A stretch of 64,000 nucleotides of DNA from Haliotis rufescens. Taxonomy: Eukaryota. Position numbers and translations under genes: made by a program. Below the pieces are notes generated by a model that was not told the DNA's origin, did not search any database, and worked only from the letters and a program-made list of their open reading frames with translations. How positions within the stretch are numbered: the first letter of the stretch is position 1; each line of letters starts with the position of its first letter. Below are positions 36,000 to 50,269 of the stretch, one piece after another. The stretch lies in contig NW_025964383.1 of the NCBI RefSeq assembly GCF_023055435.1, positions 17,546,001 to 17,610,000 of the forward strand. The letters are read 5' to 3'.

Positions 36000-36199
36000 T
36001 TAACGCCAGGGAATAACCAGTCTCGATTATCCGCCGAAACAGATTCCCTTGGGCGTAATAGCAGTGAAAATGAATATGAATGGATCACTGAAAATCAGTG
36101 ATGACACCAGGTGAAAAGGGTAAGCATGTCCTGCTGTTCCGGTAGCACCCGCCAATCAGTTGACTGGACGATCCGACAATATCCTAAACATGTGTTTAT

Positions 36200-36466
36200 G
36201 ATTTGGTTGGTTTGTTGTTTTACGCCGCACTCAGCAATGTTACAGCTATATGATTGCGGTCTGTAAATAATCGAGTATGGACCAGACAATCCAGTGATTG
36301 ATATCATGAGCATCGATCCACGCAACTGGGATCGATGTCATGCCTCAACCAAGTCAGCGAGCCTGACCACCCGATCCCGTTAGTCGCCTCTTACGACAAG
36401 CATATTCGCCTTTTACAGCAAGCATGGGTTGCTGAAGACCTATTCTACCCTGGATCTTCACGGGTC
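36200..36466 (-). mobile_element. SINE-like family D, full length
   Basis: Head ACCCGTGAAGATCC...GTCGTAAGAGGCGACTAACGGG, tail GCGGCGTAAAACAACAAACC; no tRNA boxes seen. Confidence 0.85.
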
Positions 36467-37285
36467 ATGTGTTGATGAATCACTAACCATTAGTGGTGAT
36501 ACCAAGTGTTCGCGAAAATGTGAGCGTACCCTGCCCATCTGTTGCATTCGTCACAAACACACGCAAATGCAAGTCAATTGTACATCTGAAAAATATGGGG
36601 ACATAGGGTTCAGTTTAAAATATGGAATTGGATCGGACATAATTCTTGTCACTGATGCGTCACATTTGGAAATGTCCTCTACCTGTCTACCATAAACCTT
36701 TATGAACATTTTACTGAGGCTTTGAATGGTATGAGAAAATTTTATTCATATTCAGATACATGACTTTTGTACACTGAAATCACATAGAGGGCTACGGGAT
36801 TTTGCTGTGGAAACATATATGGTGTTTAGGGTTAAACCATTAACAACTGACACTGTTTAAGGTGTGGTTATACTTTTCACTATCTGTGATGCAGTGGAAT
36901 GAGCGAATAATCAGCGTCAGCAAGGTATGAACAATAACTACCATGTCAATAAAAGCAACACAACTATTTCCATAAGTCATGTCTAATGTCTAAAAAGGCG
37001 CGGCCATCGCGAGAGCATGAGACAATTCGACGAAGGAAGTGGAATCTTTCAACTTAAAATCTGATATTTTGGCTGATATACTAATCAAAAGAAGTCAAAG
37101 AACACCCGATAGGTTTAAATTACTATGGTTGACGGATTACTTGTAATAATATGAAAGAATCTGGTGTTCTTTAACCTTTTTAGTAGTATATTTACATTGT
37201 ATTTACCGAACCAATGAAGGGGGCCACCAGTTATATATGTAAACGGTAACTTACTTAGATGTGCCCAGTTTCATAGAATAGTCAA

Positions 37286-40200
37286 TCAATGTTTGTTGAC
37301 ACGGTAGTTTAGGAAACGTTCAATTCCTAAAATAGTGATGGCTACTGTAATTCCTGATACACACATTGTCCAGGCACTCCGCATGTTACTCATGTCAACC
37401 TTCGTCATTGCAGGTACATATTCCTCCGTTGTTTTGCTGGACCATTTTCTTGCCCAGGCTTCCAGCATGCCGGTATCATACAGGCGAATGAGTCTGGAAC
37501 AGTAAGGTGTAGATTTATAGTACTACTGCTTAAGGGGTATAAACCTAAATACTGTCGTGCACAATGAAATTCCTTGTAGCGGGGGTCGGTCGGGTAGCCT
37601 AGTGGTTAAAGCGTTCGCTCCTCACGCCGAAGACCCGGGTTCGATTCCCGACATGGGTACAATGTGTGAAGCCCATATCTGGTGTCCCCCACCGTGATAT
37701 TGCTGGATTATTGCTAATAGCGGCGTAAAACCATACTCACTCACTCACTCACTCATACCTTGTAGCGGATTAACGCACACCAGTTTTTTCTTTTATATCT
37801 CCATGAACATTATAAAATATAAAGTAAATTCTTATAAATATATACGTCAGCAATAATAACTTCAAAGCCTTCTTATCTAATCATAAACACACAAACAAAT
37901 GAGGATAACAGTTACGAAATCAGTGACATCGTTAAACGGAGTAGCACAACAAGCCCTGCTCATTTAGTTATCAGCCAAATTCAAGGAAACAGTAGTCGGT
38001 TGGTGGGCTTGGTCTAATTTCTTTTCCGTTGATGGAAACATAACGCATAAACTTTGCTTGGTTATCCGATCAAATGCCACGGAATCACTTGTAATGTATT
38101 TATTAACGAATAACAATAACCGTCTATTCACTATTATCTTAATAACAATATGGCATCATTTCTTTAAGAAGAGATTATGTTCACATTATTGTGTTTGTTT
38201 GATTGTTGTTTAACGCCGCATTCAGCAATATTCCAGCTATATGACGGCGGTATGTCAATATATCGAGTTTGGACCAGACAATCCAATGATTGACATCATA
38301 AGCATCGATCCACGCAGTTGGGATACGATGGCATGCATCATCCAAGTCAGCGAGCCTGACCACCCGATCCCGTTAGTCGCCTCTTTATGACAAGCCTAGT
38401 CGCCTCTTATGGCAAGCACATGTTCACATTAATACATATTGTACAAAGTGGACCAACGCATATATCACTGGAAAAGTTAAATGTATTCTTTGAAGAGTGT
38501 CATTTAAATATGAAGCATGTGCGTGTTTAGTACTTACGTGTCTGAAAATAACCCCACAAGAGGTGAATTGACAGGAAAGGGCAGGCTTAGATATTTTGGA
38601 CCAGTACCACATCTAATCCTACGGAGGTTATTAAACGTCTCCTCCATGCCATCAACCGTATAGGAACCGGTTATGTATGCGTAGTAGCTAGACTGTACGA
38701 GCATCTTAATGTGAATATCCTCGTCCAGAGAGTTTTGGATGTTTGTAGATCGGGTGTCCAACACTTTTGTCCAGATTTTCTTACTCACGCTATCATTAGA
38801 ATACTGAAAAGCGTTCAGAAAATTATTGGAAATTAGCTGACAGAAGTATGTTGGGGATATGAGGCAAGAGTATGTTAGTATTTCATTCCTGGCATCAAAT
38901 TTAGTTTACAAAAAGGGATTTAAGTAGTAACTATTCGGATGGTTAATCACCTTCAGCAGACAAAAGTTACCATCCATGACCTACTACCATATGTGCCTTT
39001 CTCTACAATGCGACAAGAGGGACCTAGAGGAAGCATAAAGACAATACAATTACACAGTTCACAAAGCAAGTGTGCTTCTCACCTTGTAGGTATCTTCAGC
39101 ATATGACCCTCTAGTCATGATAATCTTGAAGTCGTCACTTTCTGCAAGCTCTTCTATCGTATTGAAGGGTATTTTCTCTTTTACCACTGATAAAATTGCA
39201 ACCAGATTACCCGTGTAAACTGCGACAATGATGATGCAAAACCACACCCAGCTTGTGTAGAATATGCGTCCTGAACTGGCCCGTGGGAGATGCAGCGAAC
39301 CTATGGATGCAATGTTTTCAAATGTTTAATTCACTGCTCAAAACAGGTTAAAGAACCCCTGATATTTTCGTCTTACTGTTGATGAACTATAATCTATAAA
39401 CTATAAACTATAATTGTTTTGGTAGTATATTTTTCCGTGTTTTGAGAAATTCAACCGATGTAGGCAAACTTTCTGTCACAAAGACTCACTGATGTAGTGG
39501 AGAAGTAAATATACTGCTTTAGAACATTTACAGTTGATTTCCGTAGGCTGATTATTGCGAATGCTATCACAAATATCATCACAGACATTGTACAAAATTG
39601 AGGCGAAAAAATGCTTTCGATAATCATATATCTCTACCAAATAGTGATGACACCAGGTGTTCGCGAGAAGTTGAGCATATTCAGCCCCTCCTATTGCTTC
39701 CGTCAGAAACACATACAAAGGCAAGACATATGGTACAAGTTGAAATACGGAATTCCATCGCACATCATTTTTGTTACTGATGAGTCACATTTGAAAATGT
39801 CCTCCACCTGTCTATCATTGACCTTCATCATCAAACATGTAAGTGTATTCTCCCCCATCGGTGGCACCCATCATAAGTACGTATTACTTAGTTGATTACT
39901 CTGTACCTTGGTTAGATGGAATTGGCTTACATGATTACACTGATGAGCTGTATTTTCATATCTGTGGGATGACTTAGGGAGCATAAATCAGCAAATATTA
40001 AACAACCCGGTCTCGAACAGTGATATGTAATATTAAAATTTTGTTCAAGAAGCAGTGTTTACAGAAGTTTTGAGTGATACGATGGTGCGAGAGAACCAAT
40101 ATCCTATTACGTGTTGGCTTAAACCAAACGGTGTTCTACTGTTTAATAACTATTAGGTATTGTGGTTGAACTTGGCAGAAAACATTTATTAAACCAAATT

Positions 40201-43200
40201 TCTATGTTAAAAAAACTTATGCATGATAAAATAAATAAAACTAAACCCTTTCAGAATAAAGATATTGAAAAGAATATAACATACTTTATTTTCTCTTGTA
40301 AAAGACATTATATACATTCATCAGTATGGTGTATTTAGTTTTCATTTGAGTGTTTAATTATCACGATCGCATAATCAGTCAAAGGGTTCTGTTATTGATC
40401 CACATGCTCGTTAACAACCTTTCATCATATGTGTTAAACAAATTTATACTTGTCATCTTATTAAGTAAACAATATTCTTGAAGACGATTGGGGCATATAT
40501 GGCATCAAAATGAGGTTGACACTTTGGAAATCATCATTCCATTTGTGGCTTAACGTAATTACCATGAAATGGTCAATGGCGTCCTCTCATCATATTTACA
40601 TTTGCAAGTTTTCACTTCTGCAGCGGATAGTCAGAGACGGATAAAATTGAACATCATCCCATGATCAATCCTTATGAATCATGTTTGAAGAAGAATGTTC
40701 CCTTGGGAACTAACCTATCTGTATTTTGCTGTAATATTCAGTTTACAAATGGAGTTAATGAGACACGCTGCATCCGATGAATACATAGGCTCCTTTGTGT
40801 GGCCAAATCTGGCCTCAATCCTGTATGTTTGGGGATAAATCACTGGAATTTAAATTATTTGGGGACTTGTTACATGACCTGTTGTCTGTAGCTTTTTTCA
40901 TTTTGCAAATTGTGGTGATAATCATATATATAGAATTTGAAATATTAAAACAAAACTAATGTTTTAAAATAAAACAACAAACTAACCTGCTTGGGGTTTA
41001 AACCTTATTCTCAATAAGAATATTATGATTTTACCTATTGACCTAACATCGTAATGTGGTAAATAGAATTTTAACTTACAGTAGTAGTAGACGTCCATGG
41101 ACAGCTTTGGGTGAAAGAAATATACATAAGCTTAATGTTTGACCAATATCTTCTTAATCGATAATTGTGGACCACATTCCAAGCTCCTCAATAATAAGTA
41201 TTAACGAAATAATTATTTCCCAACGATAAACTAGACTCACTCGCTCAACGCTGACACAAAATGTTGTCCCAAACTTTAAATGATAGTGGGTACCTTGACG
41301 TAGCGGCACAAGAACGGCCGTCATGACACTGTCTGATGTTGATGGTGGACATGCAGGAATCTCCCCGGCCTTGATATGTTCTCCAACACTGTATCGTTCC
41401 AGCAATGTATAGAGTCCTATGCACCATGCCATCGTCAGCAGTCCGCATACATACACTTCCCATTTAAAAACAGACACCAACAACATCCAGTGGTTATCAT
41501 TATTTGACAATTTCTTATGGACTACCTCACAGTCGGATTGGTACATGATATAAGAAAATGCAACGGCCTTGGATCTTTTAAGGGTGATTCCATAAGGTAT
41601 GCCAGAAAGATCGATTTCCTGAGAAAAAAAACAGACAAGGTGGAAATGGCTTTATGTGCAATTTTCCAATGGATCTACGTTTGCAAACAGTTCGACTCAA
41701 TATATTCTCTCCTTACATTTCGTGCTACCATGCCAAGAAGACCGCTCCATGTTTCGGCCAATTCACCCCAGGACTTGTCAGGTGGTTCGATCAGTTCATA
41801 TCTGAAGTGAAAGTGAAACATCATGGCCATGTTAAACATTAGATACATCATGTGATTACAACATACATCTTGAATGCGAGTGGACATGGCCGTGGAATGG
41901 GAGGGACCTATAGGTTAATATCATTACATGTAATACTACTTTCGTTTCTATCAGCGTAGATAAGCAATTGTTGTTCTATGGTAAAATGGGCACCAGCAGT
42001 AACAATAGTAAGCACAATACTGATAATAATAGTGAGGATGGGTATATTGTAATACGTACGTAAAATTTATATCTGAAGTGAAAGTGAAACAATTTGGTAA
42101 TGGAAACATTGGACGGTCATATCATTACATGTAATGCCAGTTTTCATTTTCAATAAAACATTTCATTAGCGTATTAAAGGAATTGCTGTTATGGTTGTAT
42201 GGTAAAATGACGATGACAGTATAGTACTGATAAAAGTAGTGGAGATGGGTATATGATAATACGTACGTAAAATTGAGATATTCGGCAAGGCTGTCGAATA
42301 AATCCTTGCAGACATGAGTGTACACAATGGAGCCATTTGTTGAACAATCTGATTTCCTGCAAAACTGATTCCACTGCAAGAGAGAAAAATTGTCTTCTAA
42401 TATCAATTCGGTATATTAATGTTTAAGCCAAATGCATGAGGGATGTTATTAATGGCTACAATAAACGTTTCCCTTTTTCCTGAAGAGATGTTTCTCATGT
42501 GAATCAGTTTTACCGAAACCTAAGCCCTTAATTTAAAATGTAAAATATAAAAAATTAGTTTATCAGTTATGTATGCTATTCAGACTGAATTGGTTGCCTT
42601 AGAAAGGTGGCTTTAAGTCCTTTTTGGAATGTCATCCTATCTTGCTAACAAATATAGCTTTGTCATAACTCTATTATGTGACATAAATTATATATCTGCT
42701 TGTGGTGGTAGTTATTCACCTCCAAGACGCCAATTTTTAGTTTTCTTCTGTTTAACAGGTATGCTGTATTCGGGAAGAGAGGAGCAATGAAGGCGGAGTA
42801 AATGTCCCCGTTAATTGCCAAGTCACCAATTTGCGACCATTTCCGGTTGTTGGACTTCCACAAGAGAGTGCTGATTTTAACATTTGAGCGACCAGATGTG
42901 TTCTTTTCCTAATAACGAAAGTAACACACCCCTTTAAGGAAAAAGCTAATTGTTCACATCAATGAAATATAATACTCAGTAAAAACTGACGATTGCTTCA
43001 CGTCTTCAATTATTTTGTGTACGTTTAGTGTCAGTCTATGTAAAAGTGTTAACGAATATATATTGTTGCTAATTACCTTGACTGCTATTGCTATATTGTC
43101 CAGATCAGCATATACTTCTGTTAATAATGACGGATCCACATTCAGGAATAACCATTTCGAGAAATGACGCAGCAGTGTTCCTTGTCCGCATTCCTTGTCT

Positions 43201-44424
43201 TTTTGGGAGGACTTTGGAAGATAGAACAAATCATTAATAAACATTATGATTACGTTTGCACGTTGAGATGGAAAGACAAGCTTTACTTAGAAACGGTCAA
43301 ACTTATATAAAATGAGTATCTCAGATACGTGTATTTTATTTGGCAAACGTACGATATGTGTGATGCGTGGCAAGCAGTTGTTGATACCGTCACAGAAGAC
43401 GACAAAGTTGAACAATTTGCGATAAATGTGGAGTTGGTTCTTCTGGAGAGTATTCTCTACTAAGCTGATCAGACTCTGTTCAAAGGCATGCACTTGGAAG
43501 AACATTGCAGTCACGCCATGCTGTGTAGTCCAGTTCTCAATAGCGTCATGTATGTCTCTTCCTGTTCAGAAATGGGAACTAATATCAGTACAGGAATACT
43601 ATTAACAGGAACAATAGGAACAAAAGTTTGCTCGTTGATAATGAACACTTAAAACTTATATATACAGACCAAAGATTCAACGATGGTTTGAATGCCTTGG
43701 AAATATCGGCCTTGTATTTGAAGACGTACAGGATTCGCTTACCCATAGATGAATGACCAACAAAAATCAAAGATGAACCCGGATGAAGAGACATCTTGCT
43801 TAATAGGTGATGTAGTTCATATTTTCCAAGGGTTAATCTGGAAGGATCTGGAATAGATATTAATATTAAAACCACTACGGACATTAGTACCTTGAAAAAA
43901 GGAAATCACTATTAATTAATTTAGTGTGAACGTCTTGAGAGTATTCACATTCGAATAAGCAAAACTGGAAACACCAACTTTACGAACCAATAAATATGAA
44001 CTCAAGAATCCTATAAATGCAATATATTTTAATGATACACATCACATACTTTCTCTGGCACACATCTGAAAGGACATAGTATAACATCTACAGATCAAGA
44101 ACGAGTAAAGCGAACACTACATTGTCATTTAAATCAAATAAAGTAATCATGAGCATCATAAAAAAACACCTTATGAGGGACCATTTGATGAAGCATCTAA
44201 AGGTACTGAATATAGAGGTACATTATATATCTGTTCCAGGTAAAGGTAATTTTAGCAGACACAGTGCACAAAACTAATACAGTGTAATTTGAGTCACAAT
44301 ATAAAAACAACAGTATAAAATTGATTTTCTACATACCTGTCAAATTCACGAAACGACTACAGGACGGACCGACGAAAAGAACCAACTGACCAATTAGATA
44401 TATGTACATGCGTGCAACATCCAT
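37286..44424 (-). CDS. Divergent ionotropic receptor C, 11 exons, 644 aa
   Basis: Exons 44424..44337, 43847..43743, 43561..43353, 43211..43077, 42908..42720, 42373..42267, 41801..41717, 41618..41294, 39300..39083, 38803..38538, 37493..37286. GT-AG introns with the same phases as B, 1935 nt; ITLKRSKAVAFS, LRQG, VYTGNLVAI. Confidence 0.9.
37581..37757 (+). mobile_element. SINE family A in the last intron of IR-C
   Basis: TSD CCTTGTAGCGG; A/B boxes; (ACTC)n tail. Confidence 0.9.
38190..38417 (-). mobile_element. SINE-like family D in the last intron of IR-C
   Basis: Match to 36200..36425. Confidence 0.82.
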
Positions 44425-45977
44425 GGCTCTAGGCGTTTGAAAATCATTCAAGAGGAATCCTGATACTACCTTTTTGGGTTTCAATAGATGTATGGCAAGG
44501 ACAATATGCATCAAAAACCTACACCAAACTGAGACAGACGTCAGCGAACATTGTACGCTCTTGGCGTTCTGGTGCGTCCGTTCAATACTTCATCATTCTT
44601 CATAGAATCGTTTACAAATATTGACACAGCCATGAAGGCGATAGTCAGAAGCATGTGTCCAATTAAACTGGTATCGAAATGACAATGACGGGGTATGTAT
44701 ACTGTGTAAACATGTCTTAATAGACGTACTACAGGACTATTGGTGATATGCATAAAAGAAGTTGGAGTCTCCATATAGCGTTGCCCATGGGTGTTTCAGT
44801 ATTCTTTCGGTAGATGTAAGTAGTGTTTGGAATCTCTTGGCATTCTTTGTTTCCTCGTAATTGGGTGAGTGATGAATAAATCAGAAACATACGCCTTCTT
44901 TCGATTTGCAGTTTTAATCGCATGTGTACATATCGCCAAAATCCACACATAATGCAGACTAATCGATAAATAACAGATATTTTTGTTTGCAGCTATTCTT
45001 TAAATATTTGAAATGTATTATATCGCATCGGACGACACCAGTAATGAGGTTTAAATATTTCATCATAAAAATTATGCTTGTCATAGGTGTATGTTTTATG
45101 GAGATCTAGTTTATCAGCTCCCAAGGACTTATATTTTATCATTAAGAATCATCTAACGATCAAATAGATAATTAAAATCCAGTTCATCTTCTTATGCAGA
45201 ACGTTTTTATTTCATTTACATTTTCATTACAAATGCCACATACATTCCAATACCATATGGTTAGAATGGTAGCATACAGTATGAAACCTTTCAAAGGCAT
45301 ATCCTATGTTTTAGATTCAAAAGAACAGCATACATATTCTAATATACCAGCGTTCGAAGCTTTAGCATCCTTTAAATTCGCAGGTTTAAATATTTCAAAA
45401 ACGAAATAAAATGTGTTTTCTTAAAACAGGAAGAAGCAGGGTAAATGAAGATAAATGCTCTTGTGTTTTCGTTTGTGAAGCTTATGTTATAAACATTAAC
45501 CTTTGGAGAGGATTATTTCGTGAAATGGCTGGAAATGTAATCGTCGTGACCGGGCACTGATAAAAGATACATTGGCATGATATGTAATAAACGTAATATC
45601 ACCCGTTAGTCGAAAATGTTAAAATTCACCTGGTTGTGGTTTGCCCTTTCATGTGGGCCACCTCGTATCATTACTATTTGATTGTGATTCAACACAATAG
45701 ACTCTCTTCGTACAAATTTCCTATGATTATGGAAATAGCTTGAGTTGCTTTTTTATATCAGTCGTAAGAAACAAGAACAAACAACTGCTATCGTAGACGA
45801 AGAACACGCTATTTGATTCGTCAGGTGTGAACGTCGTGTCCCTTCCAGTTCTATCCAAGAACTCTTATAAAAAAAAGCATATATATATGCTTGAAATATG
45901 TTATCCTATGGCAACCTATGCTGATGAAGAGTATTTCAAAGGTAAGGTAAATATTTTGTCCTGTTCAACTACACACG

Positions 45978-46139
45978 ACCCGTGAAGATCCGGGTTAGAA
46001 TAGATCTTCAGCAACCCATGCTTGCCGTAATCACTGGATTGTCTGGTCCAGACTCGATTATTTATTTACAGACCGTCGTCATATAGTTGGAATATTGCTG
46101 AGTGCGGCGTTAAACAACAAACAAACAAACCAAACCAAC
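45978..46139 (+). mobile_element. Internally deleted SINE-like family D
   Basis: Intact head fused to the 3' half and (AAAC)n tail. Confidence 0.78.
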
Positions 46140-46249
46140 ATGTGTACACTGGGACCTGTATGTGTTCAAGGAAATTGGCGTCCCAGTCTTCTCAGTGTTG
46201 TGTTGTCATGTCTTGCCAGTTGCATTCCACTTATATCATTGCGTGGCCG

Positions 46250-46662
46250 CTGCATGTGGGAGGAAAGCCCAAAGTGAAGCTGATCTTAAACGCTTACCAC
46301 TTTGGTGAAACCAACGAGCATTTGTGTGGTGATTACAAACCTAGAAACATAATCGAGGCGAACTCGGATTCGAACCCACAATCATAGGTTTCCGGCGTAT
46401 CCAAGGGACGCAACTCTACACAGCGAATTGCGACGCCTTAGACGACTGGGCCACCCGTGACCCCAACTGTATATGTGAACATCTGCTGAAAGTACACGAA
46501 CGTCTCAGACGTTACCACTTCGGTGAAACCCACGAGCACGGGTATGGTGTTGACAAACCTAGAAACATAATCGGGTCGAACTGGGATTCGAACCCACAAT
46601 CATAGGTTTCATGCGTGCCCAAGGGATGCAACTCTGCATAGCGAATCGCGGCGCCTTAGACG
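46250..46662 (-). mobile_element. Two adjacent partial SINE family B copies
   Basis: 46250..46465 and 46495..46662 match the reverse complement of 5266..5490. Confidence 0.8.
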
Positions 46663-48809
46663 TTCGTATCAATACCAAGAACCAGTGCAATTCAGATCTA
46701 TAAAATTCATGTTGGTCATTATTGTTTCAGTTACGCAATTCGTCATGATTATGTGATCCTGAGATCTGTCTATATCAACTTCTGTTAAGTTTTGCTGCAT
46801 ATATGAGTCATGAATATTCATATTATTTGAATAATATTTTATGATGGATTTAGGATATGGTGGTTGATTTGGTTAATTTGTGAGATATGGATATTTTTAA
46901 ATAATTCTAAAAGTGATGTCCATAAGTGTGTCATTTTGTTTGTGTCCTCCGTATGGTATACACATGCAGGTCAGAGACAAAGGGTACTGAACCAAAATTA
47001 TGCTTATGTCATAGTGGAAACCAATTAAATTTTCTTGAAAACTTCATTATCCAAAATAACTAATAGTTTCACTATGTTTCCAAAGTGCACCGAAATTCTT
47101 GGTCCTTTGTCTGTTTAATATATTCAACAAACATTCGGCGTATCCCTTCTAATCACGATTCCCCTCCAGGCAGTACGTCCAATGCCGAGTGCTATCTATA
47201 AATGTCAATTTTTATCCCCCACGTCGCCACATCTAATGCTACACATGTACGTGATCCACCGCGTTATGTAAAAGATCCCCATTCAAAACTTGACCTGCGT
47301 TGTCACACGGCCCAGATTATCAACAGGAGCAGACAGCTAGTCGCCACATCACCAACAACTATGTTGACGATGAAACATCGCCGTCCGACTTTCTGCATCT
47401 CTGTAAGTGACAGATCTGGTCTGCGCACCATCACAATCTGTTTCGACCATTATTCACATACACTGTACCAACAAAACACTTCTACTGTCGTCTTAAACTT
47501 CACCCGTGAGTTTTGTCTTCTTTTGATTCTATTCCAGATATGAGTTGTAACACGTTCTCGTGTTTTATCAGGTGAACAGTTGACTTCCCTTTGCATGTAT
47601 TTGTGACAGAATCAACAGATGGTGCAGGATACGCTCAGCTGGTATAATCCCTTTTGATTGTTCTTCATAAACACATGCTTAGGATAAAGTCGGAATCCTG
47701 CAATCTACTCTGTTTTAGCATATTTTCTTATGACTAGGGAAATGGTTTTATCGGTTTAATTCCATCGGACGATTGAGGTTCCAACTGGCGGCCTACCGAT
47801 GCCTCAACAAACTTAGAGATTGTATAACTCCCATGTCATCGATATGGCAATGGTCAGGAAAAGCCTTCATCGTTTGCCAAACCCTGTGTCGTCGTTTTTC
47901 CATTTACTTCATACTTCTTAGTTATATTAGTTATTTAGTTTGGGTTGTGTGCATCACTCGCGCAGACCAAATTGAGAACCACGAGATTCCTATCACGTAC
48001 GTCAAAACATCGATGATGCTTTCAATACTCCGGTATGTTTATCCCCCCTGCTCTGATTGACATAATGCTCATCGTGCATCTGTTGTTCATATTTCCTTGA
48101 TGTAAAGAGATGTTTTTCAATGTAGCCATAGAAATGGGAGGTTTTGCAAACACACTGGTATTGATTAATAGCTCGTGCCCTATAGTATAACGGCATTTGT
48201 TGCCGTGCTTTTTCAAGAAGCCAAGAGGGAAGTGAGGTGAGTAAGTGAGTGAGTGAGTGGGTGAGGTGAAATGGAGAATAACAACAAGACCATTGCACTT
48301 AGTTTAAGATGCACGCGCGCAAGTGTGTGTGGCTGCTCGTACTGGTGGAGACGGTTTTATAGTGCTAGCACACAATCACACACACACGCACGTACGTACG
48401 CACGCACACACACATAAAAGATTACAAGCTAGAGCTGAGTACAATGGCGGCTACAAAATCTTTACCAGTTCGGTGTTTAACTCGAGCAAGTAAATACATT
48501 GTTGCATGATCTAAACTATATGTACTCCTATTTGGAGGCAAGTGTCTTTGGAAGTGAATCATGGTGGGTTTGTTGTCACGGTGCATGCTTTTTGTTGAAG
48601 CATTGTAAGTGCATTGAAGATTTAGATCAGAGTCTATTACGAAATCACTGTGGGACAAACTATCAAAATCGTTTATTCAGACAGCACAGAGATACGGTTA
48701 CCGCAGCAGCGTCCTTGAAGTGCACTTAACTGAACGCTAAAATGAAAAATATTGACAAATAGTGTCAGCTATGATTACAGTATCTAATGTCCATGTTTAG
48801 ATTTCATTG

Positions 48810-49056
48810 TTGTTTGTTTGTTTGTTGTTTAACGCAATGTGACGGCGGTCTGTAAATAATCAAGTCTGGATCAGACAATCCAGTTATTGATATCATGAGC
48901 ATCGATCCACGCAACTGGGATCGATGACATGCATCAACCAAGTCAGCGAGCCTGACCACCCTATCCCGTTAGTCGCCTCTTACAACAAGCAAACTCGCCT
49001 TTTAAGGCAAGCATGGGTTGCTGAAGACCTGTCCTACCCCGGATTTTCACGGGTCT
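48810..49056 (-). mobile_element. SINE-like family D
   Basis: Match to 36200..36466. Confidence 0.82.
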
Positions 49057-49544
49057 GGTTTCATTGTTCTAGTTTGAATGAAGGACACACATCTGTATTT
49101 ATTACTGGCTAAAAACTTCAGCGGAAAGAAAAAGCCTTTCGGAAACAGAACAATCATTACGACCACTCAATAGATAAAGAAACATCAACCTTTTCATTAT
49201 CAAAAGCAGATTCTGTTGTACAATTCAGACTATTAAATATGCGCGTGTTTATGAACCACTATCAAATATTGATGGTACCAGGTGTTCGCGAATAGGTGAG
49301 CGTATCCTGCACCACCGGTGGCACCTGTCACAAATACATGCATGGACTGTCAATTGTTCATTTGAGAAAAAAACGGGAGCATATATTACAGGTGAAAATA
49401 GGGATTTGCATCGAAAACTAAATGACATCGGAGGACAAAACACCGAGGTGAAGTTCAAGACGATAGCAGACATGTTTATTGTTGGTGTGTGAATAATGGT
49501 CCAAACGGTATGATGGTAAGCGAGTGACAGTACGCACTCCAGGT

Positions 49545-49898
49545 TTGTTTCAATAGGTGAGGTGAGGTGAAATGGGGTTTAACGTCGCGTCCAAGATTAT
49601 TGAACTTATATAGCGACGTCAGTGTGTGTGGCTGCTTGTACTAGTCCAGGCTGATGCCGATTTATAGTGCCAGCTTACTGAGATACCATGCCGCAGTGTA
49701 ACATGAATACCCAACTCAGACACAGTATACTGACTCCGAGCCGACCAGTCCTTGTTTTAGCCCCTTAATGCCGAGCGCCAGACAGGGTAACAACAAGTAC
49801 CATCTTTTAACGTCTTTTGATATGACGCGGCCGGGGATCGAACCCCGGACCTTCCGCTCTTCGGGCAGACGCTCTACCACTAGACCACGTAGGCGGTC
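49545..49898 (-). mobile_element. SINE family C
   Basis: Reverse complement of 9357..9712; CACTCCAGG flanks. Confidence 0.88.
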
Positions 49899-50114
49899 CA
49901 CTCCAGGACGATGGGCCAATGTCCATAGTGCGGAGACCCGCTCTGTCTCTTTCACACATGCAGAAAGTCGGTTGACGATTCTTCAACCATCGATGTAGTT
50001 GTTGGTGATGTGGCGGCCGTAGCAGACGCCGCGACTAGCCGTGGAATCTGTCTGTTCCTGTTGAAAATCTGGACGGATCTCTGTCTGACAACGTGGGTCA
50101 AGTTTTTACTGTAG

Positions 50115-50269
50115 CGTGTGTCATCGATCCCAATTGCGTGGATCGATGCTCATGATATCAATCACTGGATTGTCTGGTCCAGACTCGATTATTTACAGAC
50201 TGCCATCATATAGCTGGAATATTGCTGACTGTGGCGTTAAACAACAAACCAACCAACCAACCAACCAAC
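50115..50269 (+). mobile_element. 5'-truncated SINE-like family D
   Basis: 3' half with an (AACC)n tail. Confidence 0.78.

Noticed and set aside
45921-45945. CTGATGA hammerhead-like start
   Set aside because: No stem II and no GAAA core follow.
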